DNA of 63,991 nt, filler included, from Polymyxa betae A26-41 (taxonomy: Eukaryota > Protista > Endomyxa: Phytomyxea), in the NCBI GenBank assembly GCA_003693705.1. It is 7 parts of 7 records of this genome, joined end to end, with 100 filler letters (N's around TTAATTAATTAA, not from the genome) between each part and the next. Parts side by side here need not be neighbours in the genome. Positions count along the whole stretch, not along the records: positions 61,125 to 63,991 come from RBZT01000531.1; 6 more parts are not named here. One strand, 5' to 3'. The position numbers and the translations under genes were made by a program. A model generated the notes under the pieces. It did not search any database and was not told the origin of the DNA. It saw nothing but the letters and a program-made list of their open reading frames with translations. Positions 62,441-63,991 of the stretch are shown here, piece by piece. Each line of letters opens with the position of its first letter. Positions within the stretch are counted from its first letter, which is position 1.

Positions 62441-63991
62441 AAGCCTGAAGACATTGATAAAGTAGAAAAGCCCTGAGGCAATTCAAAAGATTGAATAGAC
62501 GAGGGTGAAAGTGAAATCTTTGTAATTGTTATTGAAAGGATTGGGAATATATACTTGTACCGGATCTCAGTCGCTTTACAACGAACCTGAGGAAACCGCT
62601 TGGGACGAACAGCGATACAGCGGGCGTTAAGACGTATAGATTTAAGCCGAGAGGGGCTTAAGCTTAAGCGTGTGTACTGCCCTAGGGGAGGGCTAGTGAT
62701 CACTAATGCACCTAGAGGGTACTAGACTACGAAGACAACGTAGACGAGAGAGGGGAATAGAACTCTGGTTTATTTTTACGGTAAATTGGGTGGACTTGTA
62801 GAGGTAACCAATACTGACCATGCACGACGGGAGTAACTGAGGAAGGGGTGACTTACGAGTGCGCGGGGCGCAACACCATTTGAGCTGTTATTCTGTAAAA
62901 ACTGCGCCTGGACTTCACAACAACTAACAAACCAAAAGGTACAATTTCAGCTCCACAGCTGTTAGTCCAGGGCCCACTTAAACAGTACTACACAGCGAGC
63001 CTGCGCATCCAGATATTTTCTGCAAGTGGATTCGAGTGATAGATCTTTGTAGGAACCATCGCGTTCAACAACTATGAAGTCTATGATAATGACAATCAAA
63101 AAATTTATCCATGGAAAATGTCATTAAATTACGAGATGCGATAGGATGTTGGCTTCACGAGATGCGAGCTGACTACGAAGATCTCCGACTTGAGCAGCTA
63201 GACCTCCGACTTAAATTGCTTTGGAATTTATCGCAGCACGATCATTTGCCTCTTCGCGCTTTCAAACCGAGCTCTGCATCGGAAAGCTTCGCCTCTGTGG
63301 GCGGCACTGCGGGCCGCGCCTCTACGTTGTATGTACTCATAGAATTGGAGCGGCGCAGCCCCAAGGGCATGCCTCGGACTTTTAGTGTAGGTGTTTTCAC
63401 GCAATAAAATTAGAGTTCTCCTTTCGACGTTCTTGTCTGTTCGTAGCAGGATTCTCCTCGGTCGCTTCAGAGCCGGCCGCGATCTCAGCCTTGATCGCAC
63501 GGATCTGTTCTTCTAACGACTGCTCAGATGACATTGGCAGACGACAACTGCGTGACTCTCCATTCTCCGGTAATAACTCCGTTGACGAAACAATTTTAAA
63601 ACAAATCTCAATCTACAACGGTCTTATTTATTGACGCAACATTTGCAAACATAGCACAGCATTGGCGGAAACATTTGATAACTGGGACATTCGAGGGAAT
63701 GACATAAAGACAGGAATAGTCAATCAAACATTTTTTTACAGTTACTCGATCAAAGAGTGTGAGTAGTGTGAATTACGGGGGTTAAGACGACGACTAGAGT
63801 GTCGATTAACGTAACCCATACAGTAGTAAATAACTCCAAATGGGATGTTAACAGCGAAACAAACGTGCAAAGACGGTTGTAGACGGAGGAGAGGAGAAGT
63901 CTGATGATGCTGAGGTTGCCGGAAATTACGATAATGGGCACCACTTAGATATTGATGGTACGGTGTACGGATCGCGATCTCAATTAGAGCA

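Noticed and set aside
63111-63991. Short ORFs at the window end, one faintly transposase-like
   Set aside because: No diagnostic motif.

Overview
Eukaryotic, intron-rich protist DNA. Short GT-AG introns (about 45-60 nt) with CTAAC/CTGAY branch sites, compact genes and secreted RING/CBM18-like proteins suggest a phytomyxid (plasmodiophorid) parasite; this is inference only. The window is seven unrelated contigs/scaffolds joined by six artificial 100-bp N-TTAATTAATTAA-N linkers, so neighbourhoods across linkers mean nothing. Contig 1 (1-25453) is a gene-dense housekeeping block: homeobox+HOY1-PH, HMG-ARID-ARM, double DH-PH RhoGEF, BCKDHB, DHHC, THOC2, thiolase, NRDE2 and a Dpy-30-like gene, ending in a frameshifted two-repeat gene that may be secreted. 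Contig 2 holds three nested DNA transposons and a putative effector island: tail-to-tail RING E3 paralogues, one with a signal peptide, around a 10-exon secreted hevein/CBM18-like gene that the ORF track misses. Contig 3 has an LTR end abutting tRNA-Asn, a Cys/Gln-Pro protein, a steroid 5-alpha-reductase and a partial ABCA transporter. Contig 4 is a copia graveyard containing the most unusual signal: a decayed protelomerase (telomere-resolvase)-like gene beside a long perfect palindrome and between direct repeats. Contig 5 is a near-intact copia element apparently primed by a tRNA-Lys half-molecule. Contig 6 has a divergent Rab between two head-to-head signal-peptide paralogues. Contig 7 has a gag-like ORF. 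All gene models were spliced by hand.
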